A stretch of DNA of 64,000 bases from an uncultured delta proteobacterium (GTDB taxonomy: Bacteria > Myxococcota_A > Polyangia > Polyangiales > JAFGIB01): assembly GCA_963778655.1 (NCBI GenBank), contig CAVZVA010000005.1, positions 816,679 through 880,678 on the forward strand, read 5' to 3'. Of the stretch, positions 41,674 through 51,224 are shown in pieces (position 1 is the stretch's first letter; every line of letters starts with the position of its first letter). Under the pieces are notes generated by a model. The model saw only the letters and a program-made list of their open reading frames with translations. It was not told the origin of the DNA and made no database searches. The position numbers and the translations under genes are program-made.

Positions 41674-42810
41674 ATGTCGGAGGAACACCGCGCCTATCCG
41701 ATATTGTATGTCGACGACGAGCCGCAAAATCTCTTCACGTTTCGCTACGCGCTCGAGGACCGGTTCACTGTCCTGACGGCGCAGGACGGCCACGAGGCGA
41801 TGCGCGTGCTCGAGCGCGAGGACGTGGCCGTGCTGATGTGCGACCAGCGCATGCCCCAGATGACGGGAGTCGAGGTCTGCCGGCGGGCGCGTGAGCTCAA
41901 GCCCGAGGTCGTGCGCATCATGGTCACCGCCTACGCCGACCTGCAGACGACCATCGACGCGATCAACCAGGGCCAGGTGCTGCGCTATCTGACCAAGCCA
42001 TGGCGCAACGACGAGCTTGTGGACGTGCTGCAGTCCGCGATCGATCTGGTGCGCCTGCGACGGATGGTTCAGGAGATGCAGGCGCGGGTGCTACGCGGTG
42101 GGCACCCGCCGATTATCGAAGCGCTGACCCGCCAGATCGCCTCCGAGCTGCAGACACCCCTTGCCGCGCTGACCATGAACGCGGAGCAGGTGGGCGACCT
42201 GTTGACCGCCGGGCTGTCGAGCTGGGAAAGTCCGGAGCGCGCCAAGGAGCTATTGCTGCATGCCCAGACCGTGCAGCACGATTCGACCCCGCCGATCGCG
42301 CAGCTGCAGCAGATCGCGCACAAGCTCGAGCGCGGCCAGCGCCTGGCCGCGCTGCCGGCTCCGGACAGCGCGGACGCGGTGCGCGTGGTGCGCGCCACTG
42401 CGCGCATTCTCAGCGGCGTCATCGGGGCCACGCGCTTGCAGCTCGTGCTCTCGGCCTCGCCGATCGTACGCATGGATGCCGCCGAGCTCGGGCAGGTGCT
42501 GGTGCACCTGATCATGAACGCCGCCCAGGCGCTGGAGGGTATCGGCGTGCCGGAGCGACAGGTGATCTGCGTGGAGGTCACCGAGAGCGCCGCCGGCGCC
42601 GAGATCACGGTCTCGGATCCCGGACCCGGCATCGCACCCGAGCGCCTGGAGCGCATCTTCGACCCCTATGTCACCGATCGCGACGGCGCCGCGGGGCTGG
42701 GGCTGGCCATGGTGCGGCACCTGGTCTCGCAGGCCGGCGGCGCGGTGTGGGCGGAGAGCCAGCTCGGACGCGGCTCGCGCTTCGTAGTGCGCCTGCCACG
42801 GGCCAGCTAA
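41674..42810 (+). CDS. REC-histidine kinase-like protein lacking the phospho-accepting His
   Basis: YPILYVDDEPQNL receiver; H-box reads IASELQTPL; HATPase HLIMNAAQ, DPGPGI, GLGL. Confidence 0.85.
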   Translation: MSEEHRAYPILYVDDEPQNLFTFRYALEDRFTVLTAQDGHEAMRVLEREDVAVLMCDQRMPQMTGVEVCRRARELKPEVVRIMVTAYADLQTTIDAINQGQVLRYLTKPWRNDELVDVLQSAIDLVRLRRMVQEMQARVLRGGHPPIIEALTRQIASELQTPLAALTMNAEQVGDLLTAGLSSWESPERAKELLLHAQTVQHDSTPPIAQLQQIAHKLERGQRLAALPAPDSADAVRVVRATARILSGVIGATRLQLVLSASPIVRMDAAELGQVLVHLIMNAAQALEGIGVPERQVICVEVTESAAGAEITVSDPGPGIAPERLERIFDPYVTDRDGAAGLGLAMVRHLVSQAGGAVWAESQLGRGSRFVVRLPRAS

Positions 42811-42832
42811 CCATCACTCATCCCCTCCCGAT

Positions 42833-43825
42833 CTAGCTCGTGACCGGCGCGTAGGCCTGGGTGCGGTTACGGCCCATGGACTTGGCCTGATACAGCGCCT
42901 GGTCCGCCTCCGCCAGCAGCTTGCGCGGATCGGCCAGCGTGCCGAGCGCGCTCACGCCCAGCGACACCGTGACGGCCGGCAGCGCGACACCCTCGTGCTG
43001 CATGGGCGCCGCGGCGATGGCTTCGCGCACGCGCTCGGCTGCACGCAGCGCGCCCCACATCGGCGTCTGCGGAAAGATCACCACGAACTCCTCGCCGCCG
43101 AAGCGCGCGATCAGGTCGGTCGGCCGCACCTTCTCGCGCAGCAACACCGCCACCTCCGCCAGCACCGAATCGCCCGCCGGATGCCCGAAGCGGTCGTTGA
43201 CGCGCTTGAAGTGGTCCACGTCGAGCACGGCGATGGCGAGCGGGTCGGACGCGAACACGTGCCGCTGCACGATGCGCGGCAGCGCTTGCTCGAACCAGCG
43301 CCGGCTGTGCACGCCGGTCAGCGCGTCGTGCAGCGCCGCGTGCTCGAACTCGCGGCGCTGCTCGATGTTGGTCTGCACCGTTTCGTTGTTCGCGCGCAGC
43401 CGCTCGGCCATACGCGTGAGCAGGCTGACCGCGAAGCCGTGCGAGGCCCGGATCAGCCAGTGAAAGCTCTGCTCGTCGATCGCCAGCAGCCGCGTCGACG
43501 CTTCGGCCACGACCGTGGCGCTGACCGGCCGGCGCGCTAGCAGCGACAGCTCGCCCACCGTCTCGCCGGGTCCGATACGCGCGATGGTGGCGTCCGCGGC
43601 CTCGCCCAGCTCCACCCGTAGCAAGCCCGAGAGCACGATGTAGATGCGCGTGTTGGCTTCGTCGCGCCGCACCAGGTATTGCCCGCGTCGCAGCGTGATC
43701 TGCTCGGCGCGGCACAACAGCTCTTGCAGCGTCTCGTCGCTGACCTCCCGCAGCAGCTCGAGCCCTCGCAGGCTGGCGACTCCCGGTCCCCGCGTGCGGT
43801 TGGCCATGCTGGTACCTTGCTCCAT
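42833..43825 (-). CDS. cNMP-binding-domain diguanylate cyclase
   Basis: IYIVLSG, GETVGELSLL...SATVVA cNMP fold; DALTG, DVDHFKRVND, I-site RPTD, RFGGEEF. Confidence 0.94.
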   Translation of the reverse strand: MEQGTSMANRTRGPGVASLRGLELLREVSDETLQELLCRAEQITLRRGQYLVRRDEANTRIYIVLSGLLRVELGEAADATIARIGPGETVGELSLLARRPVSATVVAEASTRLLAIDEQSFHWLIRASHGFAVSLLTRMAERLRANNETVQTNIEQRREFEHAALHDALTGVHSRRWFEQALPRIVQRHVFASDPLAIAVLDVDHFKRVNDRFGHPAGDSVLAEVAVLLREKVRPTDLIARFGGEEFVVIFPQTPMWGALRAAERVREAIAAAPMQHEGVALPAVTVSLGVSALGTLADPRKLLAEADQALYQAKSMGRNRTQAYAPVTS

Positions 43826-44910
43826 TAGTTGGATGCCTCTCGGTCCTCGAGCAGTCGATCATAGCCCAGGACGTAGCTCGCGAGATCGAGCGGCGGGCAT
43901 TGCACCGCCTCCAGCTTGATCCCGAATCCCGGAGGCGGCGCGCAGCCGATCTGGGATGCGGTCCGGCGCCACATCACCTTACCTCGCAGATGCACAGGTA
44001 CGCCGTCGGGCGTTCGCAGCTCGAGCCACAACGAGCTGCCGGCGGCAGGCGGGTCCAGCGTCTGCACGTATAGGCCCTCGCGGCTCAGGTTGTGCGTGAG
44101 CCCGTAGCTCGGCTCCATCAGCCCGCTCACGCGAAACGCACAGATGGTGGAGTACTGGATGCGCCGCGAGCGACGCTGCTCGGCGGCGGCCCGCCGCGCG
44201 AGCAGCTCGTCGGCCAGGAACAGCAGCTGCCCGCGCGCGTCGCCGCCCGAGCGCTCGACCGCGGCCGGGTTGTGCGCGCCACCCATGACCAGACCCGGCA
44301 GGTCGGGCTTGCAGGTCGCCGTGCGCACGCTGCGCACCGCGGCATCGCCACCCAGTGGGGGAAAGCTCGGCGTCGCGACCACCAGCGCCGGGTCGCTCTG
44401 GCGCGAGAGCGTGACCAGCTCGCGCGCCTCCGCCGCGAACGCCACGTCGAATCCCGCTTGTCGCAAGGTCCGGCCGATGCGCCTGCGCACGCGGAGATTG
44501 GAGGTCGCCACCAGCGCGAGCCCGTTGGCCGCCGGCGGGCGCGCGGCGACGTCCAGGTCGATCAGACATTGCATGCGACGGTGCAGGCCGATCGCGTCGG
44601 CCTCCACCAGCACGTCGTCGGCACCTGCGGCGCAGGCTTGCTTGAACTCACGATCGCTCGGGTGAGCCACCAGCGCGATCACCGGCACGTTGAACATCGA
44701 CGCGTCGTCGCGGACCCAGCGCGCGACCGATGCGAGGTCGGCGTGACGCGAGACAAACACACCGTGGGGTAGGGCGCCCTTGCGCTGCACGTGGCGGCGC
44801 GCCTCGAGCGCGCTGTGCAGCAGCGCGAGCTCCACGCCGGAGCTGGCCGCAGCCGCTGCAAAGGCCTCAACCTCGCTGCTGTGAAACGGTCCTACTGCCA
44901 ACGCGTACAT
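43825..44910 (-). CDS. Degenerate receiver-like domains plus PilZ (paralogue of 28364-29446)
   Basis: AAGADDVL; RRSRRIQYSTICAFR...NLSREG; AGGAG RBS. Confidence 0.87.
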   Translation of the reverse strand: MYALAVGPFHSSEVEAFAAAAASSGVELALLHSALEARRHVQRKGALPHGVFVSRHADLASVARWVRDDASMFNVPVIALVAHPSDREFKQACAAGADDVLVEADAIGLHRRMQCLIDLDVAARPPAANGLALVATSNLRVRRRIGRTLRQAGFDVAFAAEARELVTLSRQSDPALVVATPSFPPLGGDAAVRSVRTATCKPDLPGLVMGGAHNPAAVERSGGDARGQLLFLADELLARRAAAEQRRSRRIQYSTICAFRVSGLMEPSYGLTHNLSREGLYVQTLDPPAAGSSLWLELRTPDGVPVHLRGKVMWRRTASQIGCAPPPGFGIKLEAVQCPPLDLASYVLGYDRLLEDREASN

Positions 44911-44960
44911 GTCCCTTCTCCTGTGCCGGGGGCGCGCTTGCGCTTCCCTCGGGGGAATAA

Positions 44961-44976
44961 TGCAGGACCCGTGCCG
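44961..44976 (-). promoter_or_regulatory. Sigma54-like promoter of the PilZ/cNMP-GGDEF operon
   Basis: Minus strand CGGCACG-GGTC-CTGCA, 50 bp before ATG 44910. Confidence 0.55.
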
Positions 44977-45301
44977 ACCGGTTAGCTATTGAAATCACGC
45001 GTGTATTTGGCCATCGACCAAAACCGGGTGGCCGCCTTGGCCACTGCCGTAGGGAAAACCACCCAGCGCGTCGCGAGGCGATTCCACAGCGGTGGCCACA
45101 GCCGTGGTGACAGCGGCCACGACGCGCGACGCACGCGCGCACGGGATTGGTTGCGTCCGCCATGCGCGTGGCGCGTTCGACCACGATAGCTGCCTCGAGC
45201 ACGCGCGCGCAGCTTCGCGACAGCGCGCGCCGTGGTCACCGCGTCCACTGCCGTGGTGCGTGAATCCAATCGCGCACGCGAGCGCGCGCGCTGCCTTGCA
45301 A

Positions 45302-45317
45302 CGGCACGCTCCTCGCA
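45302..45317 (+). promoter_or_regulatory. Sigma54-like promoter of the metalloprotease gene
   Basis: CGGCACG-CTCC-TCGCA, 40 bp before ATG 45358. Confidence 0.5.
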
Positions 45318-45357
45318 ATGGAAGCGATGCAGGTCTCACGCAGCAAAGGCAGTAACG

Positions 45358-46131
45358 ATGTCCAAGACCATTCGCCGCATCGCATCGCTCGTGTTCGTGG
45401 TTGTTCTGTCGATTCCGAGCATGAGCTTCGCCTACAACGCAAAGCACTCTGCGAGCGGCGGCTTGGTGCACTGGCAGCAGCACAAGGTCTCCCTGCGGAT
45501 CGATCCGCGCCTCGAGACACTGCTCGCTGACGGCCAGGTCCGCGCCGCCGTGAACATGGCCACCGACGCCTGGCGCGGCTTCTCCAACGTGCCCGACATC
45601 GCGATCGAGGACGGCGCGCCTCCCGCCTACGACCCCGACCACCGCGGCAACGGCATCTACCTGATGGACAAGTGGCCGTTCCAGCCCAACCAGCTCGCGG
45701 TCACCGTGTTGACCTACGCCGGCAACGGCGACGTGCTCGGCGTGGACGTGCTGGTCAACGGCGAGAAGAGCTTCGCGCTGCTCAATGAGGCCGCCGCTCC
45801 CGACTCGGCCGCCGAGCACTACGACCTCGGCGCGGTGCTCACCCACGAGCTAGGCCACGTGCTTGGCCTCGACGAGAGCTACGACCACCCCGAGGCCACC
45901 ATGTTCCCGCAGATCCACGCCGGCGAGGTCCGCCCGCGCGTGCTCTCGACCGACGACGAGAACGGCGTGATGGACGTCTACCACGACGCTGCGGTGGCCG
46001 AAGCGGCCGCGGCGGCCCCGGCCGGCTGCTCGGTCAGCCAGCCCCATGGCACGCACGGCCTGGCCGGGCTGCTGTCGCTGGTGCTCGGCGCGCTGGTAGT
46101 GGTCGCGCGGCGCCGCAACCGGGCGCGTTAG
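45358..46131 (+). CDS. Matrixin-like (M10) zinc metalloprotease with MYXO-CTERM-like tail
   Basis: Signal peptide; YDLGAVLTHELGHVLGLDES, ATMFP Met-turn, LSTDDENG; C-terminal GCSVS, TM, RRR. Confidence 0.88.
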   Translation: MSKTIRRIASLVFVVVLSIPSMSFAYNAKHSASGGLVHWQQHKVSLRIDPRLETLLADGQVRAAVNMATDAWRGFSNVPDIAIEDGAPPAYDPDHRGNGIYLMDKWPFQPNQLAVTVLTYAGNGDVLGVDVLVNGEKSFALLNEAAAPDSAAEHYDLGAVLTHELGHVLGLDESYDHPEATMFPQIHAGEVRPRVLSTDDENGVMDVYHDAAVAEAAAAAPAGCSVSQPHGTHGLAGLLSLVLGALVVVARRRNRAR

Positions 46132-46316
46132 CAGTCAGGCCCGGATGGGGGGGCTTGCGCAACCGCTTCGCGCCCAGGGACTCCGGCGGCCGCTGCACCG
46201 CGCTGGCGTCGCCCTATCCGCACGCCACAATCGCTGAGCGAATCGCCGACCTGCTTGGCGCGCCGTTGTGGTGCCATGCCGTACGGCGTACAGTGCGTCA
46301 GGGTGGAACGGGGAGC

Positions 46317-49300
46317 ATGCGGCGCCGGTGGACCTGCGTCTGGATCTGTTCAACGTTGATCGCGGGCTCGGGCTGCGGCCGCGCGACGCTGCCGGCGCCG
46401 CGCAAGCCGGCCCAGCCCGATGGCGCGAGCTCTCCTTTCGCAAGCAGCAGCGCGGCCCCCGCTAGCGACGCGGGAGCGCCTGCGAGCATGCTCGGCCACC
46501 CGAGCCTGACGCTACCGGCGCACGGCGCGCCGCGACACCCGCCGCCGGGCTCGCCGCCGCCGTGGATGCCGCTGCAAGGGCCGAGCGACCCGCGATCGCT
46601 GCCAAAGGTGTCGGCGCCGCAATGGCTCGGCACGCTGGTCGGGCCGCACGCTCCGCACGCGCCGAGCGAGCTGCAGCTCTACGGCGCGGACCTGGGCTGG
46701 TCGTTCGAGCACGACGGCCAGCTGGTGATGCTGTTCGGCGACACCTGGGCCAGCGGGAGCTCGATCTGCGACAACGGCCCGCCGACCAATGACGATACGC
46801 TGGCGAGCCTGCCGCCGACGTACTCGGGCGGCGTGCCGACGCTGCGCTTCGCGACCGATCCCGACACGCCCGCGGCGTTCAGCGCGATCCACGTCATGCG
46901 CGGCAGCGAGTCGTTGAGCATGGGCTACGGCCAGGCCCCCGTGACCGGCTTCAGCGACGGGGTTCACGCCTTCGGGGTGTTCGGGCGGCTGGAGGCCGTG
47001 CGCTGCGACCAGCCCGGCAACCGGCCGGAGGAAGGCTGTCCCACCAGCGATCACTTCTTCTGCTCGACCCAGCTGGGCGTGTGCCAGCCGTCGTACATGA
47101 GCTTTCCGATTCCGTGCGACACCGTGCGAGGGGAGGGCTGCCTACCCGGCCAGAGCTGCGAGGCCGCGCCGTTGTGCGTCGACGCCACCACTTCGCAGTA
47201 CGACGACGGCCACTTCCGCTCGCAGGCATTCGCGGTGGCGCAACCGATCGAGATCGCAGTCGAGCGCGACGATAACCCGGCGACCTTCGACTCGGTGCTG
47301 GCCTTTCCCACCAACAAGTTCTCGCAGCCTACCGCGCGCACGGTCACTACGCTGACCGGACGCCGCGACGGCAACGACTATCGACCCGGGCACGGCGCGC
47401 TGTTGCTGTGGGGGCGAGCCGGGTTGACAGCCGAGCACGGCCGCGAGGCGCAGGTGTACCTGCTGCGGCACGAGCTGCCGCTCGAGCTCGACGCGTCGGG
47501 GGCGCTGCAATTCAAACCGGAGTATTTCGCCGGAATCGATCCCGCCAGCGGCGAGCCGGCCTGGTCGCGCTTGCAATCGGACGCCGCACCGCTGGCGCTC
47601 GACGGGGTCGAGGCCGGCGATCCGCACGAGGAGGTCGCGCTGTCCGCCCCGCCGGCGGTGAGCTGGCTCGGACCGCCGATCGACAAGTGGGTGATGTTGT
47701 ACGGCGGCGACCTGGCCGACTACCTGATACTGGACCCGGCCGCGGCCCGCTCGGCGCGTGCGCCAGGCGCGATCATGATGCGCTTCGCCGACTATCCCTG
47801 GGGCCCGTGGAGCGCGCCGGTTCCGCACCTTGTGCCCGGCAGCGCCTCGGTGCCCGGCGACCTCTACGGCCCGGGCGGCTTCCTGTACAGCCCGGATTGC
47901 AAGGACGCCTCCGACCAACAGTGCGCGGCCACCGATTCGAACCGTCCTCTGGCCAGCGTCGTGCCCGGATGCCCCTTTGCCGTCACCGACCCGGGCCGGT
48001 TGTATGCCCCGAACATCATCGACAGCTACACGCAACCCAACGCCGAAGGCGGGCTCGACCTGATCTGGAACGTGTCCACGTGGAATCCCTACGCGGTGCA
48101 GCTGATGCGGACCCGCGTCTTGCCACCGCCCGCGCCCCAGCCCCAAGACGAGCTGGCGGACGCGGATGCGCTCGTGCGGCTGAGCGACTGGCGCGACCTC
48201 CCCGTGCTCGATGCGCGCGGGCGCTACACGCAACAGACCAGCCGCGATCGCGGGACGACCGACGCCACCTTCCCACTGAGCGACCACGGCAACCGCGACT
48301 TCAACAACTTCGTGTGCGCGAGCAAGGACGCGCGCATGGGCGCAAACCAATTCGCGCCCTTTCGCTTCGACCAGCCGCGCTGCCAGGAGGATTATGTGCA
48401 CGGCGTGGTCCTGGGCCGCTTCGAGGGCCCGGGCCGGCTGGTGCGTACGTGGATCGGCATGCAGTCGCTGCTTTCGGCCCCGGCCGACGACGAGGTGTTG
48501 CGCGTGTACGTCGACGACCAGCCGCAGCCGCGGGTGGAGGTGCCGCTGGCCCGGGCCATGGACGGGCGCGCCGGCGAGGTGTTCGCGCCGCCCTTCGGCG
48601 CCGGCTCCCCGCACCGGCTGGCCTGGTACTACCCGGTCGCGTTCCGCAGCAAGGCGATCGTCGCGCTCGACGGCCTGGGCGACTACGACGAGTACTTCTA
48701 TCACTGCGACGCGATGATGGACGTGGGGGATCCCGCCGCGCCGCTGCCGCTGGAGCGGCTGCCGCAGCGCGATCAGGCGGTCCACCAGCTGAACGCGGTG
48801 TTTCGCCCGGTGCGCGCGCTGGCACCGCTGCACGCCGAGGAGGCGGTCGCGCTCGACCCGGGCGCGTCGCACGTGCTGCGCCTGAACGGGCCCGCGACCA
48901 TCGACGAGCTGCGCATCCGTACCGACGCCGGTGCGCTGGCCGCGCTGGCCGGCGTGCAGGTGAGCGCGCGCTGGGACGGCGCCAAGCAACCCGCGATCGA
49001 CCTGCCGCTGCTCGACCTGCTCGGCGCCGGCCGCACGCCGCCCCAGCGCTCCACCCCGGCGCTGAGCAGCTTCGTCGAGGGCAGCGACCAGATCCTCGCG
49101 CTCAAGCTGCCGATGCCGTTTGCGACCAGCGCCGAATGGACTTTTCGCAATGCCGGCAGCGCGGCGGCCGCCTTCACCGTGCTGGCCCGGGGCGAGCCGC
49201 GCGTGCCGGCGGCGCCCTTCGGGCACCTGCACGTGCTGCGCAACGAGACCTTGGGTCCCACCAGCGCCACGCAGCACGTGGCGGCGCGCGCCAGCGGCCG

Positions 49301-49691
49301 GGGCCGACTGGTGGGCGTGTGCGGCTACCTCCAAGGCCACGCCGATCCCGCGGCCGGGGTTCAGTCCGACCCGCTCAACGCGCTCGAGGGCGACGTCCGC
49401 ATCACAGTCGATGGCGCGCTCGCCATGGACGGGACGGGCACCGAGGAGTACGCGGACGACGTCTTCTATTTCACCGATGCTCCGCAGGCCGGCGCCTTCG
49501 TAGAGGCATGGGGGCGCCTCAGCGACACGCAGAGCGGACAGGGCGAGGCCAGCTTCTGCCGCTGGCACGTGCTCGGAACCGAAATCGACTTCCAGTCCTC
49601 GCTGGAGCAGACCTTCGAGCTGGGCGGCGCCGCGAACCCCGGCATCGTCGACCGCCTGCGCACGGTCGCCTTCCTGTACCTGGCGGATTGA
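46317..49691 (+). CDS. Putative lipoprotein fusing DUF4185 (GH183-like) and DUF2961 (GH172-like) domains
   Basis: Lipobox-like AGSGC; N-domain GADLG...LFGDT, GPWSAP, LYAP, STWNPYAVQLM; C-domain EGPGRL, LRVYVDD, RWDG...PAIDLPL, LPMPF, GRGRLVG, LEGDVRITVDG...GTGTEEY. Confidence 0.75.
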   Translation: MRRRWTCVWICSTLIAGSGCGRATLPAPRKPAQPDGASSPFASSSAAPASDAGAPASMLGHPSLTLPAHGAPRHPPPGSPPPWMPLQGPSDPRSLPKVSAPQWLGTLVGPHAPHAPSELQLYGADLGWSFEHDGQLVMLFGDTWASGSSICDNGPPTNDDTLASLPPTYSGGVPTLRFATDPDTPAAFSAIHVMRGSESLSMGYGQAPVTGFSDGVHAFGVFGRLEAVRCDQPGNRPEEGCPTSDHFFCSTQLGVCQPSYMSFPIPCDTVRGEGCLPGQSCEAAPLCVDATTSQYDDGHFRSQAFAVAQPIEIAVERDDNPATFDSVLAFPTNKFSQPTARTVTTLTGRRDGNDYRPGHGALLLWGRAGLTAEHGREAQVYLLRHELPLELDASGALQFKPEYFAGIDPASGEPAWSRLQSDAAPLALDGVEAGDPHEEVALSAPPAVSWLGPPIDKWVMLYGGDLADYLILDPAAARSARAPGAIMMRFADYPWGPWSAPVPHLVPGSASVPGDLYGPGGFLYSPDCKDASDQQCAATDSNRPLASVVPGCPFAVTDPGRLYAPNIIDSYTQPNAEGGLDLIWNVSTWNPYAVQLMRTRVLPPPAPQPQDELADADALVRLSDWRDLPVLDARGRYTQQTSRDRGTTDATFPLSDHGNRDFNNFVCASKDARMGANQFAPFRFDQPRCQEDYVHGVVLGRFEGPGRLVRTWIGMQSLLSAPADDEVLRVYVDDQPQPRVEVPLARAMDGRAGEVFAPPFGAGSPHRLAWYYPVAFRSKAIVALDGLGDYDEYFYHCDAMMDVGDPAAPLPLERLPQRDQAVHQLNAVFRPVRALAPLHAEEAVALDPGASHVLRLNGPATIDELRIRTDAGALAALAGVQVSARWDGAKQPAIDLPLLDLLGAGRTPPQRSTPALSSFVEGSDQILALKLPMPFATSAEWTFRNAGSAAAAFTVLARGEPRVPAAPFGHLHVLRNETLGPTSATQHVAARASGRGRLVGVCGYLQGHADPAAGVQSDPLNALEGDVRITVDGALAMDGTGTEEYADDVFYFTDAPQAGAFVEAWGRLSDTQSGQGEASFCRWHVLGTEIDFQSSLEQTFELGGAANPGIVDRLRTVAFLYLAD

Positions 49692-49819
49692 CGCGTCCGC
49701 GGGACTGCGCGCAGGCCGCGTGCGACCGAGCTGCGACCGATCCTGCTCAGCGCCACCCGGCCAGCAGCGCCGTGCTATGGTCCGCGCCCGGGAACGCCGA
49801 GTAGGGAGTAGGTCGGGTC

Positions 49820-50320
49820 ATGTTTCGATCGTGTTCAATCGTCGCCGGCGTCCTGGTAATGGCGCTGCTCGCCTGCAAGGGCAACGACAACAGCAAGCGG
49901 CTCGTGAGCGAGACCTCGGCCGAGGAGCGCATGGCCATCTGCAAGGCGCACAAGGCTGAGCTGCGGAGCTCGATCGTGGGCGGCTGCGTGCTCGAGGGCA
50001 TCGGCCTCGAGAGCAAGCAGGCATGCCTGGACCAGCGCGACAAGTGCCTGGCCGAGCCAGCCAACGGCCCGATCAACTGCGACATGGCGTTTCACAACCT
50101 CGACAACTGCAACGCCACCGTTGCGGAATTCGAAAACTGCCTGCCGCAGCTCGTCGACTGGCTCAAGACCGTGAGCTGCGACGACTACGACAAGCGCGTC
50201 CCGTTCCCGCCGGTCTGCAGCCTCGCGCTCAACCAGACCTGCCCCACGCAAGTCGCGACCGACGCCGGGGTCACGCCGAGCGGCGACGCGAGCGCCGCAG
50301 GCGACGACGGCGGAAGTTAG
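49820..50320 (+). CDS. Cys-rich lipoprotein
   Basis: Lipobox ALLAC; numerous Cys in the mature part. Confidence 0.7.
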   Translation: MFRSCSIVAGVLVMALLACKGNDNSKRLVSETSAEERMAICKAHKAELRSSIVGGCVLEGIGLESKQACLDQRDKCLAEPANGPINCDMAFHNLDNCNATVAEFENCLPQLVDWLKTVSCDDYDKRVPFPPVCSLALNQTCPTQVATDAGVTPSGDASAAGDDGGS

Positions 50321-50331
50321 ATCTTCAAACG

Positions 50332-50790
50332 CTACGCCGGACCCGGACCGTCGCGATATTCCGGCGTGCGCAGGCGCTCGAGCACCCGGTCGTAGCCCTG
50401 GAACGCCGCCATCCCGGCGAGCATGCTGAGCGCGAACACCAGACCGACCGTGGAGCCGGTGCCCGCCGAGACCAGCCCCGGGCCCGGACAGTAGCCGGCC
50501 AGGCCCCAACCCATGCCGAACACGGCAGAGCCGATCAACAGCGGCGCATCGATCTGCTGGTTGGCGAAGACCACGAACTTCTGCACGTAGACCGGTGTGG
50601 TCTCGCGCAGGATGAAGCGGAACAAGGGCGCGTAGACCAAAATCGCGCCGGCCATCACGAAGGCCAGGCTCGGGTCCCAGTGGCCGGTCACATCGAGAAA
50701 CCCGATCACCTTGGCCGGCTGGGTCATGCCGCCGAGGGCCAGGCCGATGCCGAAGAGCACGCCCAGCAAGGCACCGCTCACGGCCGCCAT
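50332..50790 (-). CDS. YeeE/YedE-family sulfur-compound transporter, second half-subunit
   Basis: GMTQPAKVIGFLDVTGHWDPSLAFVM; FGMGWGLAGYCPGP. Confidence 0.92.
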   Translation of the reverse strand: MAAVSGALLGVLFGIGLALGGMTQPAKVIGFLDVTGHWDPSLAFVMAGAILVYAPLFRFILRETTPVYVQKFVVFANQQIDAPLLIGSAVFGMGWGLAGYCPGPGLVSAGTGSTVGLVFALSMLAGMAAFQGYDRVLERLRTPEYRDGPGPA

Positions 50791-51224
50791 CACGGGCCTC
50801 CTGCCGCGAGCAGATGCCGGCTGAGCAGCACCGTCAGGCCCCCCGTCGCCATGAACGTGAGCGTGGCCGCGATCGAGCGCCGTGATAGCCGCGAGATCCC
50901 GCACACCCCGTGACCGCTGGTGCAGCCGTTGCCGAGCCGCGTGCCAAAGCCGACCAGCAAGCCGGCGGCCACCACCCACGGCATCGACGGCACCCCGCTG
51001 AAGCTGAAAGCCGAAGGCACCAGCCGGCTGCCCACCAGCCCCACCGCCACGAGCCCCCCGACAAAACCCGCCCGCCACGCCACGTCCCCCGGCACCGGCC
51101 GCAGCAAGCTCCCGCAGATCCCGCTGACCCCGGCCACCACCCCGCGCACGATCAGCACCCCCGCCGAGGCCAACCCGATCAACACCCCCCCGACAAACGA
51201 CAACCCAAACGTCGCGTGCTCCAT
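50790..51224 (-). CDS. YeeE/YedE-family sulfur-compound transporter, first half-subunit
   Basis: [42 protein letters not shown]. Confidence 0.93.
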   Translation of the reverse strand: MEHATFGLSFVGGVLIGLASAGVLIVRGVVAGVSGICGSLLRPVPGDVAWRAGFVGGLVAVGLVGSRLVPSAFSFSGVPSMPWVVAAGLLVGFGTRLGNGCTSGHGVCGISRLSRRSIAATLTFMATGGLTVLLSRHLLAAGGP

